Shown piece after piece: positions 51,500 to 64,000 of a stretch of DNA of 64,000 nt. The DNA is from Octopus sinensis (lineage: Eukaryota). Each line of letters begins with the position of its first letter. The first letter of the stretch is position 1. The position numbers and the translations under genes were made by a program. Location: assembly GCF_006345805.1 (NCBI RefSeq), contig NC_043005.1:39742001-39806000 (forward strand), in the 5' to 3' direction. The notes under the pieces are model-generated. The model saw nothing but the letters and a program-made list of their open reading frames with translations. It did no database searches and was not told where the DNA came from.

Positions 51500-52400
51500 T
51501 GATTATGTTGCTGTTTTTCATGCTGTTTGAGAACTTTACCGGTGGTTCTCTATTGATGATGTCAGTAGACTCAGTCTTGCCAAGTTCTCTGATAATATCT
51601 TTTGCTTCTATGATCTCTTCATTATTCATCTCAAATTCTGCGTTATACCTATACTGGTGTACTTGAGGTAGGTCTACTTTCTCCTCTTTTCCGTATATCT
51701 GTGCTTCGCTATTCCTTCTTCAGGTTCCTCATTTGGATGTACTGCTCGTACACTGGGTCCTATGCATCTGTTACATATTTCATCTGCATTGTTGCTGTTT
51801 TCATTTGGTCTACCAAGAGATATTTGTGTCCAAATTTGGCTAATTTCAGCGTCAGTTAACCTTTTATTCTTAATGATGTCTCTACGTACATTACTTAGTT
51901 TATTTGCATCTATATATCTGCGTACATCATTACCTATCAAGTTTCTCCATGAATTTAGTTGGATTTAGTCGGGCTGTATAGAAAGCTTTCAACACAATTC
52001 TATAATTCTCTATAATCCTCTCTAGTCCATTTTATGTGTTTTGCATTAAGTGATGTTTTTGGTGGTGTCACTACAAGCCTAGAGTTAGGGTTATCCTGGA
52101 TCAGGTCACCTAGTAGATCGTTTTTTAGAAAGTTTGTTCCAGCAGCAGAATTTTCGACCCCAGTTTGGTTCCCCACTGAGTAATGCTGTCCTTGTACCGA
52201 GTGATGACCGACCCGGTGTGAGTTTTGGTTTGTCATTAAGGCATTGACAGTGAAACAGGTCCGTTTGATCAGAGTCGACTGTTTGACCTCACACGGCTTC
52301 CTTGTTCTGCGAATGGATATATTTATCACATCGTAGGCTGATAGATCGAAAATCACCTCTATTTTTTTTTGTGTGGGAGGGGGCTATGTTTCCTGGCATA
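49663..52400 (-). mobile_element. R4/Dong-clade RLE LINE, decayed, with RT core deleted; 3' end abuts (TAA)n
   Basis: HIKWTREDY; KRLTDAEI; WKTPGLDRIPNFW; MHGQF; HRRPDIV..IIDVAI..KY..KVEMARLY..KVIPVVIGALGSIP. Confidence 0.9.
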
Positions 52401-52884
52401 ACAGTTTGATTATGTTTTAAACTGAGTGACTAATTTGCTCTTTTTTTTTATTCGGTTGTAGGAAGTTCGGTGGGGCGTCGCTCATGACATGCATTCTTTT
52501 ATTTTCCGAGTGTGTAGGTGTGTGTCGTGTAGGAATTATTTCTGTAGCTTATAAATATTAACATGTGTACATGGATGCGTGGACAGTTGCATGTATAGGT
52601 AACTATTCAAATTACGAACTTACTATGTAAGTAGTGTTTTTCCAGGTTTCCTGGTGCTGGATTCGACTTCTCGTGAATGTTGCATTGAGATATCGTGCAT
52701 TAAAGAAACTACCATTTATCTGATAAAAATCTTTCCGGTTTTTTAGTTCCTTTTCTTTAACAGAACGTTTCCCACAGTTGTATTGCGAAGTTATCATTCC
52801 ATCGCACCAAAGTTATTGGATTGAGTTTGTTTTGTGGAGAGAGCTTCTTAGTATATGTCCATGTTGTTATTTAGCCCGTAGCTA

Positions 52885-52971
<87 letters not shown>

Positions 52972-53194
52972 TTTTGTTTCAGTTTTCATTAATTAGAGGT
53001 GTTGTTTTATGGAGTGGGAGGACATTAGAGTTATCCTCATTTGCACTTCATAATTGCCGTCTGCAACATATATCTAACGAGTGGAAATTATGAATTAGCA
53101 AAATGATACATAATTCAGCCATTTCTGACATCGTAATGTAATTGTATTTAATATAGTAGTCTTGTGTGTTCGAGATTTGTGAGATATTGATGGA

Positions 53195-53720
53195 AAGACG
53201 GAGTTGGAGTGAAAGAGAGGGGAATGAAGAGTGAGTTGCTGACTGAAGGAAGGGGAGAGGAAGAAGAGGACGAAGGGAGATAATGGAGTGAGAGGGTAAG
53301 AGGGAGATATGGTAAGAGAGTGGTTAGGGATAGAGTATGATAGAAGGTGAGATAATGATAGAAGAGAGAATATGATAGATTAGCAAGGGAGACAACAAAC
53401 AGAGTGGGAGAAAGAGAGGAGTAGAGAGAATTGAGAAAGAGAAGAAAATGAAGGAACTAGTGAAAAAGTGAGAGATGGAGAGTGAGAGGAGTGAAGAGAG
53501 AATTGGAGGAAAGAAGAAGAGAGAAATGGGGGTAGAAAATGAAACGCAGAAAAGATAAATAAGAGAGTCAGAGAGGGGAAATAACGGAACGAAGACGGGA
53601 GGGAATGGAATGCAAGAGAGAGAGAGAGCGATAAAATTATTGAGAATAATATGGGAGAAAATGGAAATTGAAAAGAAAGTATAGAGAAGAAGAGGGGAGA
53701 GATGAGAGAGCAGAGACGGG
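53195..53720. repeat. GA-rich low-complexity purine tract
   Basis: Direct read. Confidence 0.85.
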
Positions 53721-54082
53721 TGAAATATATCTGCGATCGCTAAGAATTGGCACTTTTGACATCGTTCTAAATTTTTAACATTCAAATTTGCCATTTTGCC
53801 AGATGGTGTTGGAATATTTTCCTTCAAAGGAGTGAACTATATAATAGCTATGATGTAAACATACAGATACCCTCAATATATACGCGCCTACAAATATGTA
53901 CAAGCGTGAAACATGGCTTTGCTTAGCTTCATGCTCTGGCTTTATGGGCCTGGGGCGGTCATTCCAAGTTAGAGGTACCATAGGTGTCAACGTGTGTAGA
54001 GCAGACCAGCTCCACCAGTGCTGCCCATCCCTGGTCCCCGCCCCCAAAATTTCGGGCTTTGTGCCTACAGTAGAAAAGAATT

Positions 54083-54469
54083 AGTGGAGGCGCAATGGCC
54101 CAGTGGTTAGGGCAGCGGACTCGCGGTCGTAGGATCGCGGTTTCGATTCCCAGACCGGGCGTTGTGAGTGTTTATTGAGCGAAAACAACTAAAGCTCCAC
54201 GAGGCTCCGGCAGGGATGGTGGTGATCCCTGCTGTACTCTTTCACCACAACTTTCTCTCACTCTTACTTCCTGTTTCTGTTGTACCTGTATTTCAAAGGG
54301 CCGGCCTTGTCACTCTCTGTGTCACGCTGAATATCCCCGAGAACTGCGTTAAGGGTACACGTGTCTGTGGAGTGCTCAGCCACTTACACGTTAATTTCAC
54401 GAGCTGGCTGTTCCGTTGATCGGACCAACCGGAACCCTCGTCGTCGTAACCGACGGAGTGCTTCCATCC
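54083..54469 (+). mobile_element. SINE family C (tRNA-Arg-like head), full length with 11-bp TSD
   Basis: ggcgcaaTGGCCCAGTGG..ggacTCGcggtc..GGTTTCGATTCCC; agaaaagaatt at 54072-54082 and 54470-54480; inserted between a SINE A tail and a SINE A head fragment. Confidence 0.93.
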
Positions 54470-55611
54470 AGAAAAGAATTGTTAGCACACCAAACAAAAT
54501 CCTTAGCAGCATCCCTTCCGTCTTTACGTTCGAATTCTACCGATGTTGTCTTTGTTTTAATGAAGCAATTACCAGTCGAACATTATTTTATCTTTTAGGG
54601 ATGTTATATGAATTAAATATATTTATGTTTATTTTTCTTAGTTTATAAATAGTTTGTGTTTAAATATGTTCGCGATATTGAAAGAAAAGATTTTGTTTAT
54701 TGTTCGCTCTCTTCATCTCTCGCTTTCTTCCTTGCTTTCTTTCGTTCCCTCATACTCTCTCACTTTCTCTCTTCCTATCTAGCTTTCCTTCTGTATCTCT
54801 CGCTTTTTCTTTTCCACTCGCACTTTCTATCTTTTCCTTTCTCTTCCTTTCTTCTCTCCTTTTCTTTCTCTCTCTCTTTTTCTCTTTTTCTCTTTCTTTC
54901 TCACCGCTGAAGTTAATTCTTCTGTTTGCCTTTATTTGTTTCATAGGTTTTTTGTTTTGCTTATATATTATTTTCCTTATTCTTTTACATTGTTGTTTGT
55001 TTTATTTGTTTTAATGTTGGCAACTTTTAAGAGAAATGATCAAGAAATTCTGTTGAGTCTGGTGATGAAATATTGCAATTTTCTAATAAACTCCTCTTGC
55101 ACTGAACCAAAAATGGATTCAAAAAATATTCGTTTGTACAACAGCAGGTATTTGTGAGTGAACTCAACACATTGCTTAATATAATTACATAAATTGTAGA
55201 AGGTTTTCTTTTTTTGTTTTTGTTTTTTATTATGACGCAAAACATGGACGGCTTTACTAAATACAAAGAACAATTCACTCTAGAATGTTTTTGAAAACTT
55301 GCTGATCCAAGTTTCCCTGTCTCTTGTGTCTTGTCTGCAACAGACAAACTTAAGACACTTTGCGACAAATGACTACCATATGAACAATGGAAGAGCTGAT
55401 TATTTTAATTAACATCTGATAGTTCAAAATAAACAGCGTACAGTTTTTATAAGTAAAACCGTTGTCAAGGAAAAATATCAAGAGAATAGGAGAAATTATT
55501 GCACAGAAAAGCAATTGTCACAAAGTTGGTGAGATTATAATAATAGTTCATAATTTAGGAAAAAGGACAGCAATATTTAGTGGAAATATTTAGTGGAAAA
55601 AAGCAAGTTGA

Positions 55612-55775
55612 TTATATCGACCCCAGTGCTTGACTGGTACCCCAAATGATGAATTTTGGTATCCCAAAATGATGAAGGCCTAAATTGACCTTAACGATAT
55701 TTGAACCCAGAACATAAACATAAAGGAATACTTCAAGGTATATTTTTCGATGTCCTCTCGATTCTGCCAAGTGAT
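55612..55775 (-). mobile_element. SINE family A, old diverged copy
   Basis: tatcgaccccagtgcttgactggtac...tttgaacccagaac...gattctgccaag. Confidence 0.7.
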
Positions 55776-55872
55776 CGTATAACATCACAGTGCGTGAATT
55801 GTCGGGAGAAAGTGTAGTTAGATTGAAAATTTTCCACACTCAATCAGTCAGTAAGTTTATGTATCCATGATA

Positions 55873-57415
55873 TCTATATATATAAAACTGTAGTTGTGTG
55901 AGTGTCTGTCTCCTACGATTTAGATTCCTAACTCCTCCCACATTTTGCGGTGCAGTTTAACCAAATTCGGGTATCTTATAGTCGTGATTAATATAGAGCC
56001 CGTCTGGCTATTAGCGCGCGTCTACGATGAGTCTACGATTTTTAAAATAATTTAACATCATATTTTTTATTCCATTTTAATGCATAATTTTTCGTGTGTC
56101 GATGGCGGCGGAGTTGGCGTCCATGGTCACACCTGCACCTGTTTGCTTCTCCCCCTTCTTCCCTCCCTCGTGATGCTGTGGGGAAGGGAGTTTAAGGAAA
56201 TCAACGTGTAATGCGTTGTCAAGGAGACCAGCGTTCTTTTAGAACAACGACTTCATGGCTTGAAGACACCAAAACAGAAATGGCTAAGAAAGCCCGAATT
56301 GGTATCTATAAAGGAAGTAACTCTCTAAAAATGCTTATATAGTTATTTCCCTTACAAACCCGAGCAACGCCGGGCGATACTGCTAGTCTATATATATAAA
56401 ACTGTAGTTGTGTGAGTGTCTGACCCCTTCGATTTAGATTCCTAACTACTCCCACATTTTGCGGTGGCAGTTTAACCAAATTCGGGTATCTTATAGTCGT
56501 GATTAATATAGAGCCCGTCTGGCTATTAGCGCGCGTCTACGATGAGTCTACGATTTTAAAAATATTTAACATATTTTTTATTCCATTTTAATGCATAATT
56601 TTTCGTGTGTCGATGGCGGCGGAGTTGGCGTCCATGGTCACACCTGCACCTGTTTGCTTCTCCCCCTTCTTCCCTCCCTCGTGATGCTGTGGGGAAGGGA
56701 GTTTAAGGAAATCAACGTCGTAATGCGTTGTCAAGGAGACCAGCGTTCTTTTAGAACAACGACTTCATGGCTTGAAGACACCAAAACAGAAATGGCTAAG
56801 AAAGCCCGAATTGGTATCTATAAAGGAAGTAACTCTCTAAAAATGCTTATATAGTTATTTCCCTTACAAACCCGAGCAACGCCGGGCGATACTGCTAGTC
56901 TATATATATAAAACTGTAGTTGTGTGAGTGTCTGACCCCTTCGATTTAGATTCCTAACTACTCCCACATTTTGCGGTGCAGTTTAACCAAATTCGGGTAT
57001 CTTATAGTCGTGATTCATATCGAGCCCGTCTGGGTATTAGCGCGCGTCTACGATGAGTCTACGATTTTAAAAATAATTTAATATCATTTTTTATTCCATT
57101 TTAATGCATATTTTTTCGTGCTTCTCCCTCTTCTTCCCTCCCTCGTGAAGCTGTGGGGAAGGGAGTGTAAGAAAATCAACGTCGTAAAGCGTTGTCAAGG
57201 AGACCAGCGTTCTTTTAGAACAACGACTTCATGGCTTGAAGACACCAAAACAGGAAATGTCTACGATGAGTCAACGATTTTTAAAAAAATTTACCATAAT
57301 TTTTTTTCCATTTTTAATGCATTTTTTTTTTGCTATTTTTTGGCTATAACTCTCTAAAAATGCTTATATAGTTATTTCCCTTACAAACCCGAGCAACGCC
57401 GGGCGATACTGCTAG
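55873..57415 (+). mobile_element. Head-to-tail array of three non-autonomous Helitrons (55873-56386, 56387-56898, 56899-57415)
   Basis: Each unit starts TCtatatatataaaactg and ends cccgagcaacgccggg-cgatactg-CTAG; array sits between A and T with no TSD. Confidence 0.93.
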
Positions 57416-58608
57416 TGTGATATAACACTGGAGAGATTTTGTATGAGAACCCGAAAAATATAAGTTTATTTTTCTATCCAATTGATGATTTAACAGATCT
57501 TGCAAATAAAATTTATAACTATTGTAAATTTGTCGGTGAGTGTGAAACTTCAATAAAACTATCTTTCTTGCGAAGAATATAAGTATTTAGTAGTTTGTCT
57601 CCATATCTGGAAAGAAAAGGATCCTTTCAGCAAGAACTGAGTTGGGCTCTGTACTAATGGTGTCCCAACAACATTTGGTCCCATAAGAGTTTTGTTTCTC
57701 TTGTAAAACGAAAAATGTTGCTATTGCCACAACACACTGTTTTCTACACTGGGAACTGCTGGTTTCAAAATATTTTGACCATAAGTTGAAAAATGACTTT
57801 TGCTGATGCTTCAAACATCGCTAACTTTATTAAACAAAGACCAATTCATTCCAGATAAGTGGTGTGAATCCCTAGGCAAAAAATAGTATTTTACTAAATG
57901 CAGAAATCCAATTACTGAGTAACTGGCGATTTCTAACTGAAGTGTCTGAGCTGGAAAATAGGTTAATTTAGAGGAACCAATAGCCTACAGTTTATCGAGC
58001 ACCCTGAAGATTTAAAATGATAGCAGAAGATAGTACTTAGTAGATATTTTTCATCGCATGAAGCAGTTGAACAGGTTATACTAATGATTCTGTAGAAAAT
58101 GCAATGATTTCAAGTGGCAAGATTCTTGAATTTAACAGAAGATTGAATCAATGGGGAGAAAAGATCACACTGCAAATGGAAATCATGACATCGTATATCA
58201 ACTATTTTGGGGGGTTTAATAGTGAAAAAATATATCAGTAAATTTCAAGTCTTATTGAAACATATTGAACTATCTATTGATCAAAATCGAACATTGTCTC
58301 GCCTCCTTTTTGGCATAATTGTATGATTAAGTTAGAAAGCTATACCCTGGATCTTTAGCTATCATGAGAACTTGACTTTAAGAGACGAGGAAGAAATTTT
58401 TAGGACACATCCCGATTGTACGCTCAGCATGAGGTTAACTTGACCTTTCCTTGGAGAAATTTTTAATTCCTGTAAAAAAAGAGGATCCTACAATTCGAAT
58501 ATCTGTGCGTATGCAATCAGGTACGTATATATATATATATATATATACACACGTACATGCATGCATACATATATGTATGTGTGTACATATATACACATAT
58601 ATATATAT

Positions 58609-58806
58609 ATTTCTTTACTACCCACAAGGGGCTGAACACAGCGGGGACAAACAAGGACAGACAAAAGGATTAAGTCGATTACATCGACCCAGTGCGTAAC
58701 TGGTACTTAATTTATCGATCCCGATAAATTTGAACTCGGAACGTAACGACAGACGAAATACGGCTACGCATTTCACCCGGCGTGCTAACGTTTCTGCCAG
58801 CTCGCC
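58609..58806 (-). mobile_element. SINE family A, young tail, with internal deletion
   Basis: tttctttactacccacaaggggct...cgtgctaacgtttctgccagctcgcc. Confidence 0.9.
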
Positions 58807-58819
58807 ACTTATTATACAT

Positions 58820-59157
<338 letters not shown>

Positions 59158-59763
59158 ACGAATATTGCTTACCATTCATATGTTCGCAAGCTTTTTCCCT
59201 CTTTAACAAGTATCAAGAACAAAGACAGAAGTCGTCTAATTTCAGATGAAGATGAAATCCGCGTCTGTTTATCTCTAGTTCGATACGAAATTAAGTATTT
59301 ACATAGAAAAAAAAGTAAATACAGATTTTTTTTTCTACGTCAGAAAAGCAAATTTCATTATCTAAATTGGCTTCAAACATAACCTTGACCCCTATGACAT
59401 ATTGCTTTGAATTATCTTATGCCATTTCAACATTATCAATAAAAGATTAATTTATTGTAGTAGTTATTATTGGCTTACATTCTATTTATATGTATATATG
59501 TTATATAGGTTGTTGGTTATTTAGTCACAAAATGTGTTTTATGAATTCAGATATATTTGCTTTTTTTTTCCCTTTCTTGTGCCAATAAAAACCTCCTAAT
59601 GATGTTTTTTGAATAAACAGTGTAATTTCTGTTATTGTTTTACTTAAAGCAGTTATCAGAATCATAAGAATTAAGAAACTTAGAGAGAATGTGATATAAT
59701 TCATTTTCAGACTTTCTGAGTATAGTACAAAAGAATTATTATTATCATTATTATTATTACTAA

Positions 59764-60022
59764 GGTGGTGAGCTGGCAGAATCATTAGCACGCCAGGGGA
59801 AATGCTTAGCGGCATTTCGTCTTTCGCTACGTTCTGAGTTCAAATTCCGCCGAAGTTGACTTTGCCTTTCATCCTTTCAAGGTTGATAAATTAAGTAACA
59901 GTAAAACACTAGGGTCGATATAATCGACTTATCTCCTCCCCAAAATGGCTTCCCCCTCCCCAAATTTCAGGCCTTGTACCTATAGTTTGCAGGATTATAT
60001 TATTATTATTATATTATTATTA

Positions 60023-60055
<33 letters not shown>

Positions 60056-60251
60056 GGTGGTGACCTTGCAGAATCGTTAGCACGCCTGGTGTAATGCTTA
60101 GCGGTATTTCATCTATCGTTACGTACTGAGTTCAAATTCCGCCGAGGTCGACTTTGCCTTCGACCTAAGTCGCCAAGGTCGACTTAAGTACCAGTGAATC
60201 ACTAGGGTCGATGTAATCGATTATCCCCCTCCCCTAAATTTATTAGAAAGG

Positions 60252-60282
<31 letters not shown>

Positions 60283-60307
60283 GTGGTAGTATTATTATTA
60301 TTATTAT

Positions 60308-60345
<38 letters not shown>

Positions 60346-60552
60346 AGTCGGCGAGCGGGCAGAATCGCTAACAAAATGCTAAGCGGCAAAATGCTAAACG
60401 GCATTCCGCGTTTGAGTTCTACTTTCAAATTTTGCCGTGGTCGACTTCATCTTTTATACTTTCACGGTCGATAAAATAAGTACTGAAGTCGATTTAATCG
60501 ATTTAACCCCTTCCCCGAAATTTCTGACCTTGTGCCAAAGTTTTAAACCATT
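59764..60552 (+). mobile_element. Three head-to-tail SINE A copies (~59764-59996, 60056-60253, 60347-60552) separated by (TTA)n/(TAG)n
   Basis: Each begins gg/gt..g.gcagaatc, carries the ttcaaatt..gtcgact core and ends in ..gattattatt or ..cattata. Confidence 0.88.
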
Positions 60553-60555
60553 ATA

Positions 60556-60599
<44 letters not shown>

Positions 60600-60600
<1 letters not shown>

Positions 60601-60900
60601 TGGTTTGACTTAGGTTTGGGCTTATTTCTGGTAGGATTTATGTGGGTTGCGGCTTACCACCTGTAACCTTAAGTATCCACAAGTTTTCAGCAGTCTTTCA
60701 AGAACCATCCTGATAATCCTTGCTGTTGTAGGATCTATACAGGGCATTCTATTCTAATCACCTTCAGTCATTTGTCTGTATCTTTGTTTACTGTTCCAAA
60801 CGCACCAATTAACAATTCTCATACTCCAAATTCTTCCTATTTCAAATTTTAAGTGATTGTATTTTCCTTGTTGTTATCAATACGTATGACGTACCAGTTT
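60600..60900 (-). mobile_element. R4/Dong-like LINE extreme 3' fragment abutting (TAA)n
   Basis: Minus strand reads IGAFGTVNK..TARIIRMV, then a short 3' UTR into (TAA)n. Confidence 0.6.
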
Positions 60901-61294
60901 AAACAATATTTTGCACTCCTTGTATGGATGGTAAGACACATTCCCAAGATATTGCTCGGTAGGATTAAACTCGGTGTTTAGTAGTAATGAAGTGAACTTC
61001 CCCGCACAACCATGCCTGCACCGAGAAAACGTCCTTCTGTTTTCATTATTTGTTTGTTATTACTATAGTTTGTACAGTTTATTTCATTGCAATAAGTGTA
61101 CAAAGAACTGAATAAAGTTTGTAGCAGTTTTACCTCGTGTTTTATTGTATGTACATATTGTATGGTAGTTTTGTCTGTGAAGATGTTTATGAAAACTTTG
61201 AGCATTTGACAGAGTATGCTAATGGAAGTTAAATTTCTATTTGGTAGAGTACAATTTATGTGATATTGTCTCTTTTCTGACACCGTTGTCCATT

Positions 61295-61411
61295 TGAACG
61301 CATTTAGTTTAATGTAAACGTTGTGTTCATATACATGTATATATATATATTATATATATATATATATACATGTATATGAACACAACAGTTACATTAAACT
61401 AAATGCGTTCA
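61295..61411. repeat. Inverted repeat (~45-bp arms) centred on (TA)n
   Basis: tgaacgcatttagtttaatgtaa..gttgtgttcatatacatg / catgtatatgaacacaac..ttacattaaactaaatgcgttca. Confidence 0.9.
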
Positions 61412-61425
61412 TATATATAATTATA

Positions 61426-61456
<31 letters not shown>

Positions 61457-62163
61457 CATACATACATACATACATACACACATGCATACATACACACACA
61501 CATAATACACGTTTCAAAACGAAATCGTAAGTATGTGTGTGGCGGGGTGCATGCGCGTGTGTGTGTTGTCTGTATGTGTATGTATATGTATGTATATATC
61601 TGATAAGAATTTTGCGTTGAAACGTATATATTTTACGGGACTATTTGTGTTAATGTTATCGTATTAAACGCGATCTAAGCTTACTGTACGTCCTAATACA
61701 GCTTGCGATTGTTGCATTTTTATGAATTCCATGGATAAGGTCGATCCTAGAGATTGTTGCTGCTGCTTTTGATAATGCCCAGATCGTATCCATTTAAAAA
61801 CCACAATCAAATTTATCTTTGGCATTTTATACTTTATTTTGAAAGCCGATCACAATTCTCCCTTAAAGTGAACAACTGTTCGAGAGACTTTTCAACGCCA
61901 AGAGACATCAATGGAAAGACCCAAGGAGATGTGCTTTTATTCACATATTATGTGCTATTCAGACTTGCATCTTTACTGCTATTTGGTCGCATATTGGTTG
62001 CATAATTTATCGAAACAGTTCAAAAGAGCAGAAAACGCATTTCTAGTTTTATTCTACTCGTGTATAAATTGCATAATTTGATACCCATTCATACTCAGAC
62101 ACATCGACACACAGACACTCCACTCGCACGAGAAGAGGCATACACACAATATACGCATACGCA

Positions 62164-62194
<31 letters not shown>

Positions 62195-62430
62195 CTATGC
62201 AACTTCTCTTTCTATTTCTCTCTTTCTCTTTCTCCTTCTCTCCCTCTCTCCCTTTCTCCCATCTCTACCCTCTCTACACCTCTTTTCCCTCCACCGCTCT
62301 CTCTCGCTCTCGCTCTTCTGAGTAAATTGCATAATTTGAAACTCATTAATACTCACACACATGTGCATATCTCTGTTTTTTAATCCATTTCTACTTCTCC
62401 GTCTCCCTCTGTGTGTATATATATATATAT

Positions 62431-62481
<51 letters not shown>

Positions 62482-62527
62482 ATAGATTTTAATCTATAAA
62501 GGTATGAATATATATGTATGTGTATAT

Positions 62528-62573
<46 letters not shown>

Positions 62574-63376
62574 ATATATACATGTATATGAACACAACAG
62601 TTACATTAAACTAAATGCGTTCATATATATATATATATATACATACATACATACATACATACATACATACATACATACATACATACATACACACATGCAT
62701 ACATACACACACACATAATACACGTTTCAAAACGAAATCGTAAGTATGTGTGTGGCGGGGTGCATGCGCGTGTGTGTGTTTGTCTGTATGTGTATGTGTA
62801 TATGTATGTATATATCTGATAAGAATTTTGCATTGAAACGTATATATTTTACGGGACTATTTGTGTTAATGTTATCGTATTAAACGCGATCTAAGCTTAC
62901 TGTACGTCCTAATACAGCTTGCGATTGTTGCATTTTTATGAATTCCATGGATAAGGTCGATCCTAGAGATTGTTGCTGCTGCTTTTGATAATGCCCAGAT
63001 CGTATCCATTTAAAAACACAATCAAATTTATCTTTGGCATTTTATACTTTATTATTTGAAAGCCGATCACAATTCTCCCTTAAAGTGAACAACTGTTCGA
63101 GAGACTTTTCAACGCCAAGAGACATCAATGGAAAGACCCAAGGAGATGTGCTTTTATTCACATATTATGTGCTATTCAGACTTGCATCTTTACTGCTATT
63201 TGGTCGCATATTGGTTGCATAATTTATCGAAACAGTTCAAAAGAGCAGAAAACGCATTTCTAGTTTTATTCTACTCGTGTATAAATTGCATAACTTGATA
63301 CCCATTCATACTCAGACACATCGACACACAGACACTCGCACGAGAAGAGGCATACACACAAATATACGCATACGCA

Positions 63377-63407
<31 letters not shown>

Positions 63408-63613
63408 CTATGCAACTTCTCTTTCTATTTCTCTCTTTCTCTTTCTCCTTCTCTCCCTCTCTCCCTTTCTCCCATCTCTACCCTCTCTACACCTCTTTTC
63501 CCTCCACCGCTCTCTCTCGCTCTCGCTCTTCTGAGTAAATTGCATAATTTGAAACTCATTAATACTCACACACATGTGCATATCTCTGTTTTTTAATCCA
63601 TTTCTACTTCTCC

Positions 63614-63681
<68 letters not shown>

Positions 63682-63716
63682 ATAGATTTTAATCTATAAA
63701 GGTATGAATATATATG

Positions 63717-63755
<39 letters not shown>
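61350..63755. repeat. Near-identical ~1212-bp tandem duplication
   Basis: catgtatatgaacacaacag at 61369 and 62581; copies differ mainly by small indels. Confidence 0.93.
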
Positions 63756-63758
<3 letters not shown>

Positions 63759-63789
63759 TTTATATATACACGTACATATATATATATAC

Positions 63790-63868
<79 letters not shown>

Positions 63869-63875
63869 TTATATA

Positions 63876-64000
63876 CAGGGGTACCAAAAGTCATGCCTTT
63901 TTGAATTTAGTATTTATGATTTAAAATCACATAAAATGCACGAAATTGTAATTAAAAATAATAAACACCATATTTCAGGCACCATTGAATGTTTGAATTA
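63876..64000. mobile_element. Possible Tc1/mariner terminus running off the window
   Basis: TA|CAGGGGTACCAAAAGT start after a microsatellite; partner TIR not visible. Confidence 0.4.

Noticed and set aside
53324-53827. 167-aa hydrophobic minus-strand ORF as a membrane protein
   Set aside because: It derives from a CT-rich low-complexity tract.
54089-54160. Functional tRNA-Arg gene
   Set aside because: No proper acceptor stem; it continues into a repeat body found elsewhere in the window and has a TSD, so it is a SINE head.
57045-57065. cgatgagtc motif in Helitron units as a hammerhead core
   Set aside because: No paired stem II or GAAA follows.
61754-62005. 83-aa ORF in the duplicated unit as a host exon
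   Set aside because: The frame is not preserved in the second copy, and there is no recognisable motif or splice support.

Overview
Non-genic, very AT-rich, microsatellite-saturated animal DNA. The SINE families and the (TA)n/(TACA)n/(AAT)n landscape suggest an octopus or other coleoid cephalopod; this is recall-based inference, not a search result. I found no intact host gene or convincing host exon, and almost all ORF-track entries are translations of simple repeats. The window is a layered transposon graveyard: a decayed Helitron (RepHel/PIF1 helicase) with an intact 3' terminus, a 3-unit head-to-tail non-autonomous Helitron array, three Tc1 elements (one young, with 224-bp IR/DR TIRs), mariner and hAT relics, R4/Dong-, RTE-, Tx1/L1- and CR1-like LINE fragments, a gypsy RNase H fragment, about 25 SINE copies and a tRNA-Glu pseudogene. 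The most interesting unannotated signal is several minimal hammerhead-ribozyme-like motifs in Penelope-type tandem or inverted terminal repeats (18.7, 23.1-23.9 and 43.7 kb), a retrozyme-like direct-repeat unit (43.9-44.8 kb), and many fold-back hairpins. Coordinates were read by eye and may be off by a few bases.
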